Shown piece by piece: positions 14,988 through 26,073 of a DNA stretch of 64,000 bases. The notes beneath the pieces are model-generated. The model did not search any database and was not told the origin of the DNA. It worked only from the letters and a program-made list of their open reading frames with translations. This DNA comes from the human T2T-CHM13v2.0 reference genome, Homo sapiens. Where the stretch lies: positions 18,496,001 through 18,560,000 of the forward strand of contig CP068257.2 of the NCBI GenBank assembly GCA_009914755.4. The letters run 5' to 3'. Made by a program: the position numbers and the translations under genes. The stretch's first letter is position 1. The number at the start of each line of letters is the position of its first letter.

Positions 14988-17474
14988 TCAATGAGCTTGA
15001 ATAGCGAAATTGGAGACAGTTCTCGGTACTTAACAGACCACAATGATGTATTGTATCTCTTGCTGAAGAGAATTTACTATCAGAGAATGCTTTAATCAAA
15101 GCATGGAGATTGTGATGGTTGTTGATGAACACTTATTTGAATGATAAATTTAAATATTTAATAACACTCTCGTACCATGTAGTTTATATTATCAAAGATA
15201 TACTGAATTAGAGGTGACTCCGCTTTGTTTTTTACAAAATCCCAGATGGAAGAACGGTCATTTATGAATGAAAGAAGTCAGATGAAATATAACTTATATT
15301 TGTAAAAATATACTCACACAGGCAATGGATAAGTCATGCATATTTGTTTTCTCAAAAGACGCCTGCATTGAGTGGTAGTGAACAAAAGGGTTGATTCTGA
15401 ATTTGAAGTGGTTAACCACAAAACTCTCCTCTAATATTTTAAATTAAAATTATTATAACCTGTTAGTATTTTTATCTATTAATAATTCAAAATAATAACC
15501 TTATACTACATTTTATTCTCTCTTTTACTGCAATGCCAGTTGAGTTATTGATGTGGTGGTTGTTTGATTTTCCATCAGACTGGAGGCTATTTTGTAAAGA
15601 AAATCATGTTGCAGTCAGATAGCCAAGGATAAACTCTCAACTCAGTCAGTTTCCAATTCCATCACTTTGGTAAATTGGTTATATTCTAAAGTATTACTGC
15701 TCAAGGTGTGGTTCCTGACCTAGAAGTATCAATATTACTGGGAAATTGTTGAAAATGTTAACTCTTGGATCTTTAACTTTGGGGTTGAAGTCCCAAACTC
15801 TGTTACATCAAGTGACTTCCACACATAGTATTTGAGAATCACTGCTCTGAATTTTAGTATCTTCAAATGTGAAGTTGATTTAATAATACTTCCTATTTCA
15901 AACATGGCATATTGGAGGCAGTGTTAGCATGCCTCTCCCACTAGGAAAGACAAAAGATATGTAGATATTCACACTGTGAACTTTTTTCCAATGAGCAATG
16001 CAGGAACTTAACAGGAAAACTGAAATCCACAGGTTTTTTGAAAGAAGTGGCAGGCCATAGCCTACACCATGAGCCAGGCGAAAAACTGTTAAGTCCTCAG
16101 AGTGTGAGAGGGAGAGAGACTGTCTCTAGGATATGTTCCCCCATTGGGGAACCTGGCAGTCTAGCTTATGAGGAAAGGCCTTAACCTACCTAGCACTGGA
16201 ACTGATTTAGGTGGCAGTGAGGAAGATAAAAGTAGGAATAGCAGTGGGAGGAGACTTGTGTTAATTTCCAGTCTCCAGCACAGACGAAGGGAAATCGTTC
16301 CTTATTCTGCCTCACAGGGGACCTCATGAAGTCTGCCAACCCAAATGAATTTTGCGATATAACCTCAAGTGGGGAAGAACTCCCTTAGCCAGAGCCGGGG
16401 CAGGCAGGGTTGTAGGGTGCAGGCAAGTGGGAAGTGTGTTACAGCCATAAGTGCAGGAGCTGGGCACCCAGGCTGTGTGGGAGAACTGGAAGGGATGTGG
16501 CCAGAAGGCTGTAGTTCTTGTATTCATAGGAAGGTAGATGGTCCGGAGCAGTTTTGAGTTCTGAGCTTAGATGACCTGGAATGTAGCTCACTCCTGCTAC
16601 CAGAAAACTATGGGTGTGAGATCTGTCCTTCCCAGCGCATAGGAGCTGGGTGGGGTTTGCTGCAGCATGTTACTCCCCACTCTCTGTATGAACTATTCTT
16701 TGCAGCAGAGGCAGTTACACTCCTCTCTGTAACATTACCCCAGTTGGCAGAAAACTACCCTCCCACCCAACAGCAACAGGGGCCTTGGTTTGCTCCACAT
16801 GCAGAGATTCAGAGAATAGACCTGCTTGACCCATCCCCCAGCTGGCTTTGCTCCTATACTGGCCATGGTAGCTTAAGGCAAGCACAAATTCCAAAGCTAC
16901 TCTGACAGCTGATGCACTTTTCCAAGCACCACCTCCTGACTGGAAGCCAACCGACACAGTCCATTATAGCATCAACAGATAGAATAACACTGTACCCAGG
17001 AAGGGGAAAACTTGTGCATGACCTCAGCTATCACCATTGCCTGCAGCAACCTGGCTAACCAGGAGGTTCTGAGTCTGTCCAGGTGACCTGTTCATTACTT
17101 GCAGGTGTTCTCCATCAACAGCCCGGAATGTGGCAGCCACACTGTGTAGGTAATCCCAGAGGAACACAGCATATACAGTAGCCTGGCTTTCAGGGACTCC
17201 TACTTCTAGAAGAACAAGGAGCGTACCACATTAAGGGGACACCTCATGGGACAAAAGAACTCAAACAGCAGGCTTGAGGTCCAGATCTCTCTGCTGACAG
17301 GGTTTCTTTCAGCAAAGAAGCCATTGTAATGCTGGGCTCAGCACCGAAAATCTATGGTTCGACTCCAACAGACAGGCAGCTCTGGTGTTTGCAAAGAGTC
17401 TTGGAGAAGGGGACTTCTTTCCCCCCTTGTTTATCACTGCAGACACATCTGGGGCTCTTCTTATGGAAGCTCAG

Positions 17475-17841
17475 TGTATTAGTCTGTTTGCACATGGCTG
17501 TAAAAAACTATCTGAGATTGGGTAGTTTATAAAGAAAAGAGGTTTAATTTACTCACAGTTCCATATACAGGGGAGACCTCAGGAAACTTACAGTTATGGT
17601 GGAAGGTGAAGGAGAAGCAAGGCATGTCTTACAGGGTGGCAAGAGACAGCGAGAGTGAGGGGAGAATGGGAAAACACTTTTAAACCATCAGATCTCATGA
17701 AAACTCATTCACTATCATAAGAACAGCATGAGAGAAACCACCCCCATGCTCCAATCACCTCTCACCAGGTACCTCCCTCAATACATGGGAATTATAATTC
17801 TAGATGAGATTTGGGTGAGGATACAGAGTCAAACCATATCA
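17475..17841 (-). mobile_element. ERVL-MaLR LTR (THE1/MST-like), reverse orientation
   Basis: It reads as the rc of a THE1-type LTR, from tgtattagtctgtttgcacatggctgtaaaaaactatctgagattgggtagtttataaagaaaagaggtttaatttactcacagttcc ... ccatgctccaatcacctctcaccaggtacctccctcaatacatgggaattataattctagatgagatttgggtgaggatacagagtcaaaccatatca. These are the rc of the canonical TGATATGGTTTGG...ACTAATACA termini. Confidence 0.75.
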
Positions 17842-19684
17842 TTCCACCCCGGCCCATCAAAAATCTCATGTCATTCTCACATTTCAAAACACAATCATGC
17901 CTTCCCAAGAGTCCCCTGAAGTCTTAATGCACTCCAGCATTAACTCAAAAGCCCAAGTCCAAAATCTCATCTGCAACAAGGCAAGAGTCTATCATCTATG
18001 AACACGTAAAATCAAAAGCAAGTTAGTTACTTCCAAGATAACAACGTGGGTACAGGCATTAGGTAAATGCTCCCATTCCAAATGGGAAAAATTGGCCAAA
18101 ACAAAGGGGCTACAGGCCTTATGCAAGTCTGAAACTCAGTGGGAGAGTCACTAAATCTTAAAGCTCCAAAATAATTTCCTTCGACTCCATGTCTCACATC
18201 CAGGGCACACTGATGCAAGACGTGGGCTCCCAAGGCCTTGGGCAGCCCTGCCCTTGTGGCTCTGTAGTGTACAGCCCCTGCAGCTGCTTTCATAGCCTGG
18301 TGTTAAGTGTTTGCTGCTTTTCCAGGTGCACAGTGCAAGCTATTGATGAATCTATCATTCTGGAGTCTGGAAGAAGGTGACTTTCTTCTCATGGTTCTAC
18401 TAGGCAGTACCCCAGTGGGGACTCTGTGTGGGGGTGCCAACCCCACATTTCCCCTCCGCATTGTCCTAGTAGAGGTTCTCTACCAGGGCTCCACTCCTGC
18501 AGCAGACTTCTGCCTGGACATCCAGGTGTTTCCATACATCTTCTCAAACTTAGGTGGAGGTTCCCAAACTACAATTCTTGCCTTCTGCACACCCACAGGC
18601 TCCACATCACATGGAAGCTGCCAAGGCCTTGCACCCTCTGAAGCAGCGGCTCAAGCTGTACTTTGGTTTCTTTTAGCCAGTCTCTGCTCTGGCTCCCTTT
18701 TAAACATAAATTCCATTTCAGACCATTTCTTTGTGAATGCATATGACTATACACTTTCAGGAGAAGCCAGGTCACACCTTGAATGCTTTGCTGCTTAAAA
18801 TTCTTTTTTTTTTGACAGATACTCTAATTATCTCTTTCAAATTCATAGTTCCACAGATCTCTGGGGCAGGAACTTCATAGTTCCGCAGATCTCTGTGCCC
18901 CAGCCCATGAAACAATTTTTCCCACCTAGGCCTCTGGGCCTGTGATGGGAGGGGATGGCAAGAAGATCTCTGAAATGCCCTGGAGACATTTACCCCATTG
19001 TCTTGGCTCTTAACATTTGGCTATTCTTTATTTATGCAAATATCTACAGCCAGAGACTTTAATTTCTTCCCAGAAAGTGGGTTTTTCTTTTCTACCACAT
19101 GGTCGGGATGCAAATTTTCCAAACTTTTGTACTCTGCCTCCCTTGTAAACATAAGTTCCATTTCAGACAATCTCTTTGTGAATACATATGACTATGTGCT
19201 TTCAGAAGAAGCCAGGTCACATCTTGCATGCTTTGCTGCTTAGAAATTTTTTTGACAGTTACGCTAATTTTCTCTTTCAAGTTCATAGTTCCACAGATCT
19301 CTGGGGCAGGGACAAAATGCCACTAGTCTCTTTGCTAAGGCATAGCAAGAGTCACCTTTGCTTTAGTTCCCAATAAGTTCTTCATCTCCATCTGAGACCA
19401 CTTCAGCATGGACTGAATGCTAATATCACTATCAGCATTTTGGTCACAGCCATTAAACAAGTCTCTAAAGAGCTCCAAACTTCCCTACATCTTCTTGCCT
19501 TTTTCTGAGCCCTCCAAACTGTTCCAATCTCTGCTTCCAAAGCCACTTCCACATTTCAGGCATCTTATAGCAGTGCCCCAAACTTCTGGTACCAATTTTC
19601 TGCTTCTCTTTGAAGGTCACTGCAGCCATCAGCTTCACAGAATTTACTTTTCTTCACATCGCTGTTTTTTTTTTTTTTTTTTAA
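17842..19684 (-). mobile_element. MaLR internal region (THE1/MST-int-like), non-coding, with an internal segmental duplication
   Basis: Contiguous with the LTR above. Its sequence blocks (tcccaagagtcccctgaagtcttaatgcactccagcattaactcaaaagcccaagtccaaaatctcatctg; aaggggctacaggccttatgcaagtctgaaactcag; ccatgtctcacatccagggcacactgatgcaagacgtgggctcccaaggccttgggcag) match what I recall of the MaLR internal consensus. It has no long intact ORF and ends in a T-run at 19664-19682. Confidence 0.5.
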
Positions 19685-19689
19685 ACACT

Positions 19690-20969
19690 GCAGCCCCTCC
19701 CTGCCTGGCCTGTGCTTCCCACCAACGATGACCTTTCTGCAACTTCAGTGCCAGTGGAATCCCAGATCTGCGGCTGCTTCTGAGCACTGCTGACTGCTTC
19801 TAGGTCCCAAAACCACCAATCAGAAGAGCCAAACCATGTCACTCATCAAAGGTAGACCCATAGACAGCCCTTCTGGAACTGCAGGGTGACTGCATTCCCA
19901 CAGAAGGAGCACCCTCCAGGTCCAGGCCTGCATGGGAAATAGAGTCACAATTCCTCTCTATTTAGACATTCCTGAAGATGAAAAGAGGTGCTTGTCTAAT
20001 CTGAATAGCTGGAACACTCGTTCAAGAGTGTGTTTGGGAAGTGAGTAACTTTCCTGGGAGCTGAGTTGGCTCCAATCCTTCTATCTGATAAGATCTCAGT
20101 GTGTTTCACTGAGAGCTCCCCCAGCCACCTATGTCAAGGCTGGGACCTCTGCCCACCATTGGGTACTGCATTATGCACCTGCTTTAGCCACAGCAGGTTT
20201 TTACCAGGGGCACCTCCTCTTTGGGCCTGAAGCCTGAGGTATTCAACCAAGTAAATAAAATACTAGGAGAAAATAAAGAAAGAAAGAAATACACAGACTA
20301 CAGAGGAATAAGATAAGCTTCAAGAGACTTCTGCCATTCCAACCCTAGAGGAGAAAGTGAACTTGTTCACACACTGAGCACACTGCTGCTACAACCAGAG
20401 CCAAGAAAGCCATCAGACAAAGACTCTCTATAACTGAGGAAATCATACAAACTCTTCACTCCTGAAAGCACCAAGACCTGAATTAGTCTAGAAGAAACAA
20501 TAAACATCCTTCAGGAAGAAAAAAGAAATTGAAGAAACAGTCAAATAAAAAATAAATTCAAGTATAATTAGAAGAAATAATCTAACCAAATAAGAGAAAT
20601 CAGAAAGATATTTCTGGTGCTATGACAAAATAAGGTGCTATAACTGCCCAAAATATCACACTAGCCGCCCCCCCCCCCCCAGCAATGGATCCAAACCCAG
20701 ACAAACCTTTTGAAACACCAAATTTTAAAAATTCAAAAATTTGATTATTAAGCTATTCCAGAAGGTGTCAGAGAAAGGTGAAAACCAACATAAAGAAATT
20801 TTAAAAAATTTTAGGATACAAATAAAAACTTTTCTAAAGAGATAGATATCTTAAAGAAATGCAAATCAGAATTTCTGGAAATGAAAGGTACACTTAGAGA
20901 ATTACAAAATGGAGGGGAAAGTTTCAACAATGGACTACAAAGGGAAGAAGAAAAAATTTCATAGCTCAC
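19690..20969 (+). mobile_element. Old L1 (L1PB/L1MA-like) 5' UTR and ORF1-region fragment
   Basis: The A-rich, ORF1-like sequence (..gaagaaacagtcaaataaaaaataaattcaag.., ..ggtacacttagagaattacaaaatggaggggaaagtttcaacaatggactacaaagggaagaagaaaaaatttcatagctcact) continues across the LTR insertion into a recognisable L1 ORF2. Confidence 0.55.
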
Positions 20970-21343
20970 TGATATGGTTTGGCTGTGTCCACATCCAAAT
21001 CTCATCTTGAATTGTAGTTTCTGTAATCCCCACAAGTATGGCAAGGACCAGTGGGAAAAAACTAAATCATGGGGGCTGTTACCCTTATGCTGTTCTCGTG
21101 ATACTGAGTGAGTTTTCACAAGACGTGATGGTTTTATAAGGGGCTATTTCTCCTTTGCTTGGCATTTCTCCTTCCTGCTGCCCTGTGAAGAAGTTGCCTT
21201 TCTTCCCCTTCACCTTCCACCATGATTGTTAATTTCTTGAGGCCTTCCCAGCCATGCAAAACTGTAAGCCAATTAGATCTCTTTCCTTTATAAATTACCC
21301 AGTCTTGGGAAGTTCACAGAAGCATAAGAACAGACTAATACAC
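20970..21343 (+). mobile_element. Solo ERVL-MaLR LTR (THE1-like) inserted into the old L1
   Basis: The canonical termini TGATATGGTTTGGCTGTGTCC...CAGACTAATACA are present. Internal blocks match: aatcatgggggc, ctgttctcgtgata, gatggttttataaggggc, ccaccatgattgt, gccttcccagccatg, aactgtaagccaattaga, ctctttcctttataaattacccagtct. The 5-bp TSD ctca(c/g) sits at 20965-20969 and 21344-21348. Confidence 0.8.
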
Positions 21344-22514
21344 TCAGAGACAAGGGTTTTGAATTAACCCAATCAGAAAAAAAGAAAGAAAGATGAATAC
21401 AAAGAAATGAGCAAATTCAAAATACCGATGAAACAAAAAGTTGGTTGAGAGAATAAAAAAATTATACGTTATTAGCTAGATTAACCAAGAAGAGAAGAGA
21501 GAAGATTCAAATAAGCTCAATTAGAAATGAAACTGGAAGCACATGGTTTCTAAAGTCACCTGCTTGACCCTCTTCCAAGTTGTACTTTCCTTCTTTTCTC
21601 TCTTTTCCTTATTATTCTAAAGCTTTTTAATAAACTTGCACTCTGGCTCTGAAAAAAAAGTAATGAAACTGGGGACATTACAACTGACCCTACAGAAGTA
21701 CAAAATAACATTTGAGATTATTATAAACACCTGTATGCATGCAAACTAGAAAACCTTGAGGACAACCTAGATTAGGAGGGTTATAAGTTTCCAGGAATTT
21801 ATCCATTTATTCTAGGTTTTCTATTTGTGTGCATTAAACCAGGAAGAAATAGAAATCCTGAACAGACCAAAGGTAAGCAGCAAGGTTGAATCAGTAATAA
21901 GGAAAAATTGTCAACAACAAAAATGCCCAAGGCCAGGTGGCATCACGGATCATTTCTACCAGGCATTCAAAGAAGATTTGATACCAACCCTAGTGAAATT
22001 ATTCCAAAAGGTAGACAAAGAGGGAATCCTCTTTAAATCTTTCTATTAAGCCAGTATCACCCTGACACCAAAACTAGGAAAGGACCTAACCAAAAAGGAA
22101 AACTATAGACTAATATTCCTGATGAACATAGATGCAAAATCCTCAACAAAGTACTAACTTACCAAATCCAATAACACATCAAGAAGATATATACAATGAT
22201 CAAGTGGGTTTCATCTCAGGGATACAGGGATAGTTTAATATATGCAAGTCAATCAATGTGATATATTATATAAACAGAATGAAAAACAGAAACCGTATGA
22301 TCATCTCAATAGATGCAGAAAAAACATTTGATAAGATCCAGGATCGCTTTAAGATAAAAATGCTCAACAAACTGGGCCTAGAAGGGACTTACCTCAAATT
22401 ATTGAAAGACATATATGACAAACCCACAGCCAACATTATTACTGGATAGATAAAAGTTGAAAGCATTCTCCCTGAGAACTGGAAGAAGACAGGGATGCCC
22501 ACTTTCACCACTTC
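21344..22514 (+). mobile_element. Old L1 ORF1-end/ORF2 fragment; continuation of the element at 19690
   Basis: ORFs at 21825-22049 (..NQEEIEILNRP..GGITDHFYQAFKEDLIPTLVKLFQKVDKEGILFKSFY) and 22258-22449 (..[48 protein letters not shown]) align to the L1 ORF2p RT domain (..[39 protein letters not shown].. and ..[44 protein letters not shown]). Most of the EN domain is deleted. Confidence 0.8.
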
Positions 22515-23950
22515 TTTTTTTTTCTTTTTTTTTAAATTATACTTTAAGCTCTAGGGTATATATGCACAATGTGCAGGTTTGTTAAATAGGTATACATGTG
22601 CCATGTTGGTGTGCTGCACCCATTAACTCGTCATTTACATTTGGTATATCTCCTAATGCTATCCCTCCCCCATCCCCTCACCCCACAACAGACCCCGATG
22701 TGGGATGGTCCCCTTCCTGTGTCCAAGTGTCTCATTGTTCAGTTACCGCCTATGAGTGAGAACATGCGGTGTTTGGTTTTTTGTCCTTGCGATAGTTTGC
22801 TGAGAATGGTAGTTTCCAGCTTCATCCATTTCCCTACAGAGGACATGAACTCATCATTTTTTATGGCTGCATAGTTTTCCATGGTGTATATGTGCCACAT
22901 TTTCTTAATCCAGTGTATCATTGATGGACATTTGGGTTGGTTCCAAGTCTTTGCTATCGTGAACAGTGCTGCAATAAACATACGTGTGCATGTGTCTTTA
23001 TAGCAGCATGATTTATAATCCTTTGGGTATATACCCAGTAATGGGATGGCTGGGTCAAATGGTATTTCTAGTTCTAGACCCTTGAGGAATTGCCACACTG
23101 TCTTCCACAATGATTGAACTAGGTTATAGTCCCACCAACAGAGTAAAAGTGTTCCTATTTCTCCACATCCTCTCCAGCACCTGTTGTTTCCTGACTTTTT
23201 AATGATCGCCATTCTAACTGTGTGAGATGGTATCTCATTGTGGTTTTGATTTGCATTTCTCTGATGGCCAGTGATGATAAGCATTTTTTCATGTGTTTTT
23301 TGGCTGCATAAATGTCTTCTTTTGAGAAGTGTCTGTTCATATCCTTCACCCACTTTTTGATGGGGTCGTTTGTTTTTTTCTTGTAAATTTGTTTGAGTTC
23401 ATTGTAGATTCTGGATATTAGCCCTTTGTCAGATGAGTAGATTGCAAAAATTTTCTCCCATTCTGTAGGTTGTCTGTTCACTCTGATCATAGTTTCTTTT
23501 GCTGCGCAGAAGCTCTTTAGTTTAATTAGATTCCATTTATCAATTTTGTCTTTTGTTGCCATTGCTTTTGGTGTTTTAGACATGAAGTCGTTGCCCATGC
23601 CTATGTCCTTAATGGTATTGCCTAGGTTTTCTTCTAGGGTTTTTATGGTTTTAGGTCTAACATTTAAGTCTTTAATCCATCTTGAATTAATTTTTGTATA
23701 AGGTGTAAGTAAGGGATCTAGTTTCAGCTTTCTACATATGGCTAGCCAGTTTTCCCAGCACCATTTATTAAATAAGGAATCCTTTCCACATTTCTTGTTT
23801 CTGTCAGGTTTGTCAAAGATCAGATGGTTGTAGATGTGTGGTATTATTTCTGCGGGCTCTCTTCTGTTCCATTCTCTATATCTCTGTTTTGGTACCAATA
23901 CCATGCTGTTTTGGTTACTGTTGCCTTGTACTATAGTTTGAAGTCAGGTA
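22515..23950 (-). mobile_element. L1PA-type (younger primate L1) 3' fragment: ORF2 C-terminus, 3' UTR and poly-A, inverted and inserted into the old L1
   Basis: Poly-T at 22515-22533, then the rc of the L1PA 3' end (ttatactttaagctctagggtatatatgcacaatgtgcaggtttgttaaataggtatacatgtgccatgttggtgtgctgcacccattaactcgtcatttac...). The minus-strand ORFs at 22739-23353 and 23155-23904 translate to near-consensus L1 ORF2p C-terminus (..[44 protein letters not shown].., ..[146 protein letters not shown]). It is 5'-truncated at about 23950. Confidence 0.9.
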
Positions 23951-24006
23951 CTGGAAGTCCTATTCTGAACAATCAGGCAAGAGACAGAAAGAAAGGACAC
24001 CACTTC

Positions 24007-26073
24007 TATTCAACATAGTACTGGAAGTCCTATTCTGAACAATCAGGCAAGAGAAAGAAAGAAAGGACATCCAAATAGGAAAAGTGGAAATCAAACTATC
24101 ATGGTTCACTGCTGATATAATTGTATACCTATAAAGAACTAAGGACTCATCCAAAAGACTCCAAGATCTGATAAACAAATTCAGCAATGTCTAAGGTTCC
24201 AAGATCAATGCATACAAATCAGTAGCATTGCTGTACATCACCAACAACCAAGCTGAGAATCAAATCAATAACTGAATTTGCTTTACAACAATTGCAAAAA
24301 ATATTAAATACATAGGAATATATTTAACCAAGACAGTGAAAGATCTCTACAAGGAGAACTACAAAACACTGCTGAAGTAAATTATAGATGACACAAACAA
24401 ATAAAAACACATCTCATGCCCATGGATTGGAAGAATCAGTATTGTAAAAGTGACCACACTGCCCAAAGCAATCTAAAGATTCAATGCAATTCCCGTTTTA
24501 AAAACCACATTATTTTTTCAAGAATTAGAAAAGACATTCTTAAAGTTCATATGGAACCAAAAAGGAGCCTGGATAGACAAAGAAATCCTGAGCAAAAAGA
24601 ACAACTCTGGAGGCATCAAGTTACTGGACTTCAAGTTTTACTTCAAGGCTATATTTAGCAAAACAGCATGGTACTGGCATAAAAGTAGGCACATAGAGAA
24701 CTGGAACAGATTAGAGAACCCAGAAATAAAGCTAAATACTTAGAACCAACTGATCTTCAACAAAGAATTCAAAAACGTAAATTGAGGAAAGTACGCTTTA
24801 TTTAATAAGTGATGATGGGAAAACTGGCAAGTCACATGCAGGAGAATGAAACTGGATCCCTGTCTCTCACCTCATACTAAAATCTACTCAAGATGTATCA
24901 GAGACTTAAATGTAAGACCTGAAACCATAAAATTTCTAGAAGAAAACCTAGGAAAAACTCCTCTGGACATTGGCTTCGGCAAAGAATTTATGACTAAAAC
25001 CACAAAAGCAAATGCAACGAAAATAAAAAAAATATATGAGATCTGATTAAATTAAAAATCTTCTGCACAGCAAAAGAAATAATCATCAAAGTAAACAAAC
25101 AACTCACAGCATGGAATAAAATATTTGAAACCTATACATCCGACAAAGGACTACTATCCAGAATATACAAGGAACTCAAACAAATCAGCAATAAAAAAAA
25201 TAAATCTTTCCATCAAAAAGTGGGCAAATGACATAAATAGCCTGAAAGAAGATATACAAATGGCCAACAATCATATGAAAAAATGCTCAACATCAGTAAT
25301 CATCAGGGAAATGCTAATTAAAACCATAATGAGATTCCACCTTACTCCTGCAAGAATGGTCGTTATTGAAAAGTCAAAAAACAATAGATGTTGGCATGGA
25401 TGTGGTGAAAGGGGAACACTTATACACTACTGGTGGGAATATAAATTAGTACAACCTCTATGGAAAACGGTATGAAGATTCTTTGAAGAGCTAAAAGTAG
25501 ATCTACCATTCAATTCAGCAATTCCAGTACTGGGCATCTACCCAAAGGAAAATAAGTGGTTATGTGAAAAAGACACATGCACATGTATGTTTACTACAGC
25601 CTAATTCACAATTACAAAAACATGGAACCAGCCGAAGTGTCCATCAGTCAATGATTGGATAAAGAAAATGTGGTATATATACACGGTGGCATATTACTCA
25701 GCCATAAATGGAATAAAATAATGTTATTTTGCAGCAACTTGGTTGGAGCTGGAGGTCATTATTCTAAGTGAAGTAACTCACGAATGGAAAATCAAACACC
25801 ATATGTTCTCACTTATAAGTGGGAGCCAAGTTATGAGTATACAAAGGCATATAGAGTGATATAATGGACCTTGGAGTCTCCAAGGGAGAAGGGTGAGAGG
25901 GAGTATATGCGATAAAAAAAAGAACTACATATTGGGTGCAATGTACACTACTCAGATGATAGGTGCATTGAAATCTCAGAATTCAGCACTATATAATTGA
26001 CCCATGTAACCAAATACCACTAGTACTCCCAAAACAATTGAAATCTGAAAATATATTAATTAAAAAATAATGT
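24007..26073 (+). mobile_element. Old L1 ORF2 C-terminal half and 3' end; resumption of the element interrupted at 22514
   Basis: It resumes exactly where the old L1 broke off (..gggatgcccactttcaccacttc | tattcaacatagtactggaagtcc..). ORFs at 24416-24658, 24846-25046 and 25125-25475 translate to diverged L1 ORF2p (..LPKAI.RFNAIP..KFIWNQK..; ..[38 protein letters not shown]..; ..[87 protein letters not shown]). It has many stops and is therefore old. Confidence 0.8.

Noticed and set aside
16324-16957. Overlapping ORFs on both strands in the GC-rich block (67, 62, 82 and 80 aa)
   Set aside because: They are short, have no recognisable motifs, and both strands are open. That is typical of GC-rich non-coding sequence. 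They are not annotated as CDS; the block itself is kept as a finding because I could not classify it.
18307-19731. Several ORFs of 60-163 aa inside 17.8-19.7 kb, two with similar C-termini that could suggest a paralogous coding pair
   Set aside because: The region matches the non-coding internal portion of a MaLR retroelement. The similarity of the C-termini is explained by the 185-bp intra-element DNA duplication. There is no start or stop conservation and frames are interrupted elsewhere.
22739-23904. Two long minus-strand ORFs (249 aa and 204 aa) that could be taken for a two-exon or frameshifted host gene
   Set aside because: Their translations are near-identical to the C-terminal third of L1 ORF2p (..[33 protein letters not shown].., ..[20 protein letters not shown]...). 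They are followed on that strand by a canonical L1 3' UTR and poly-A, so this is a 5'-truncated L1PA insertion and not a cellular gene.
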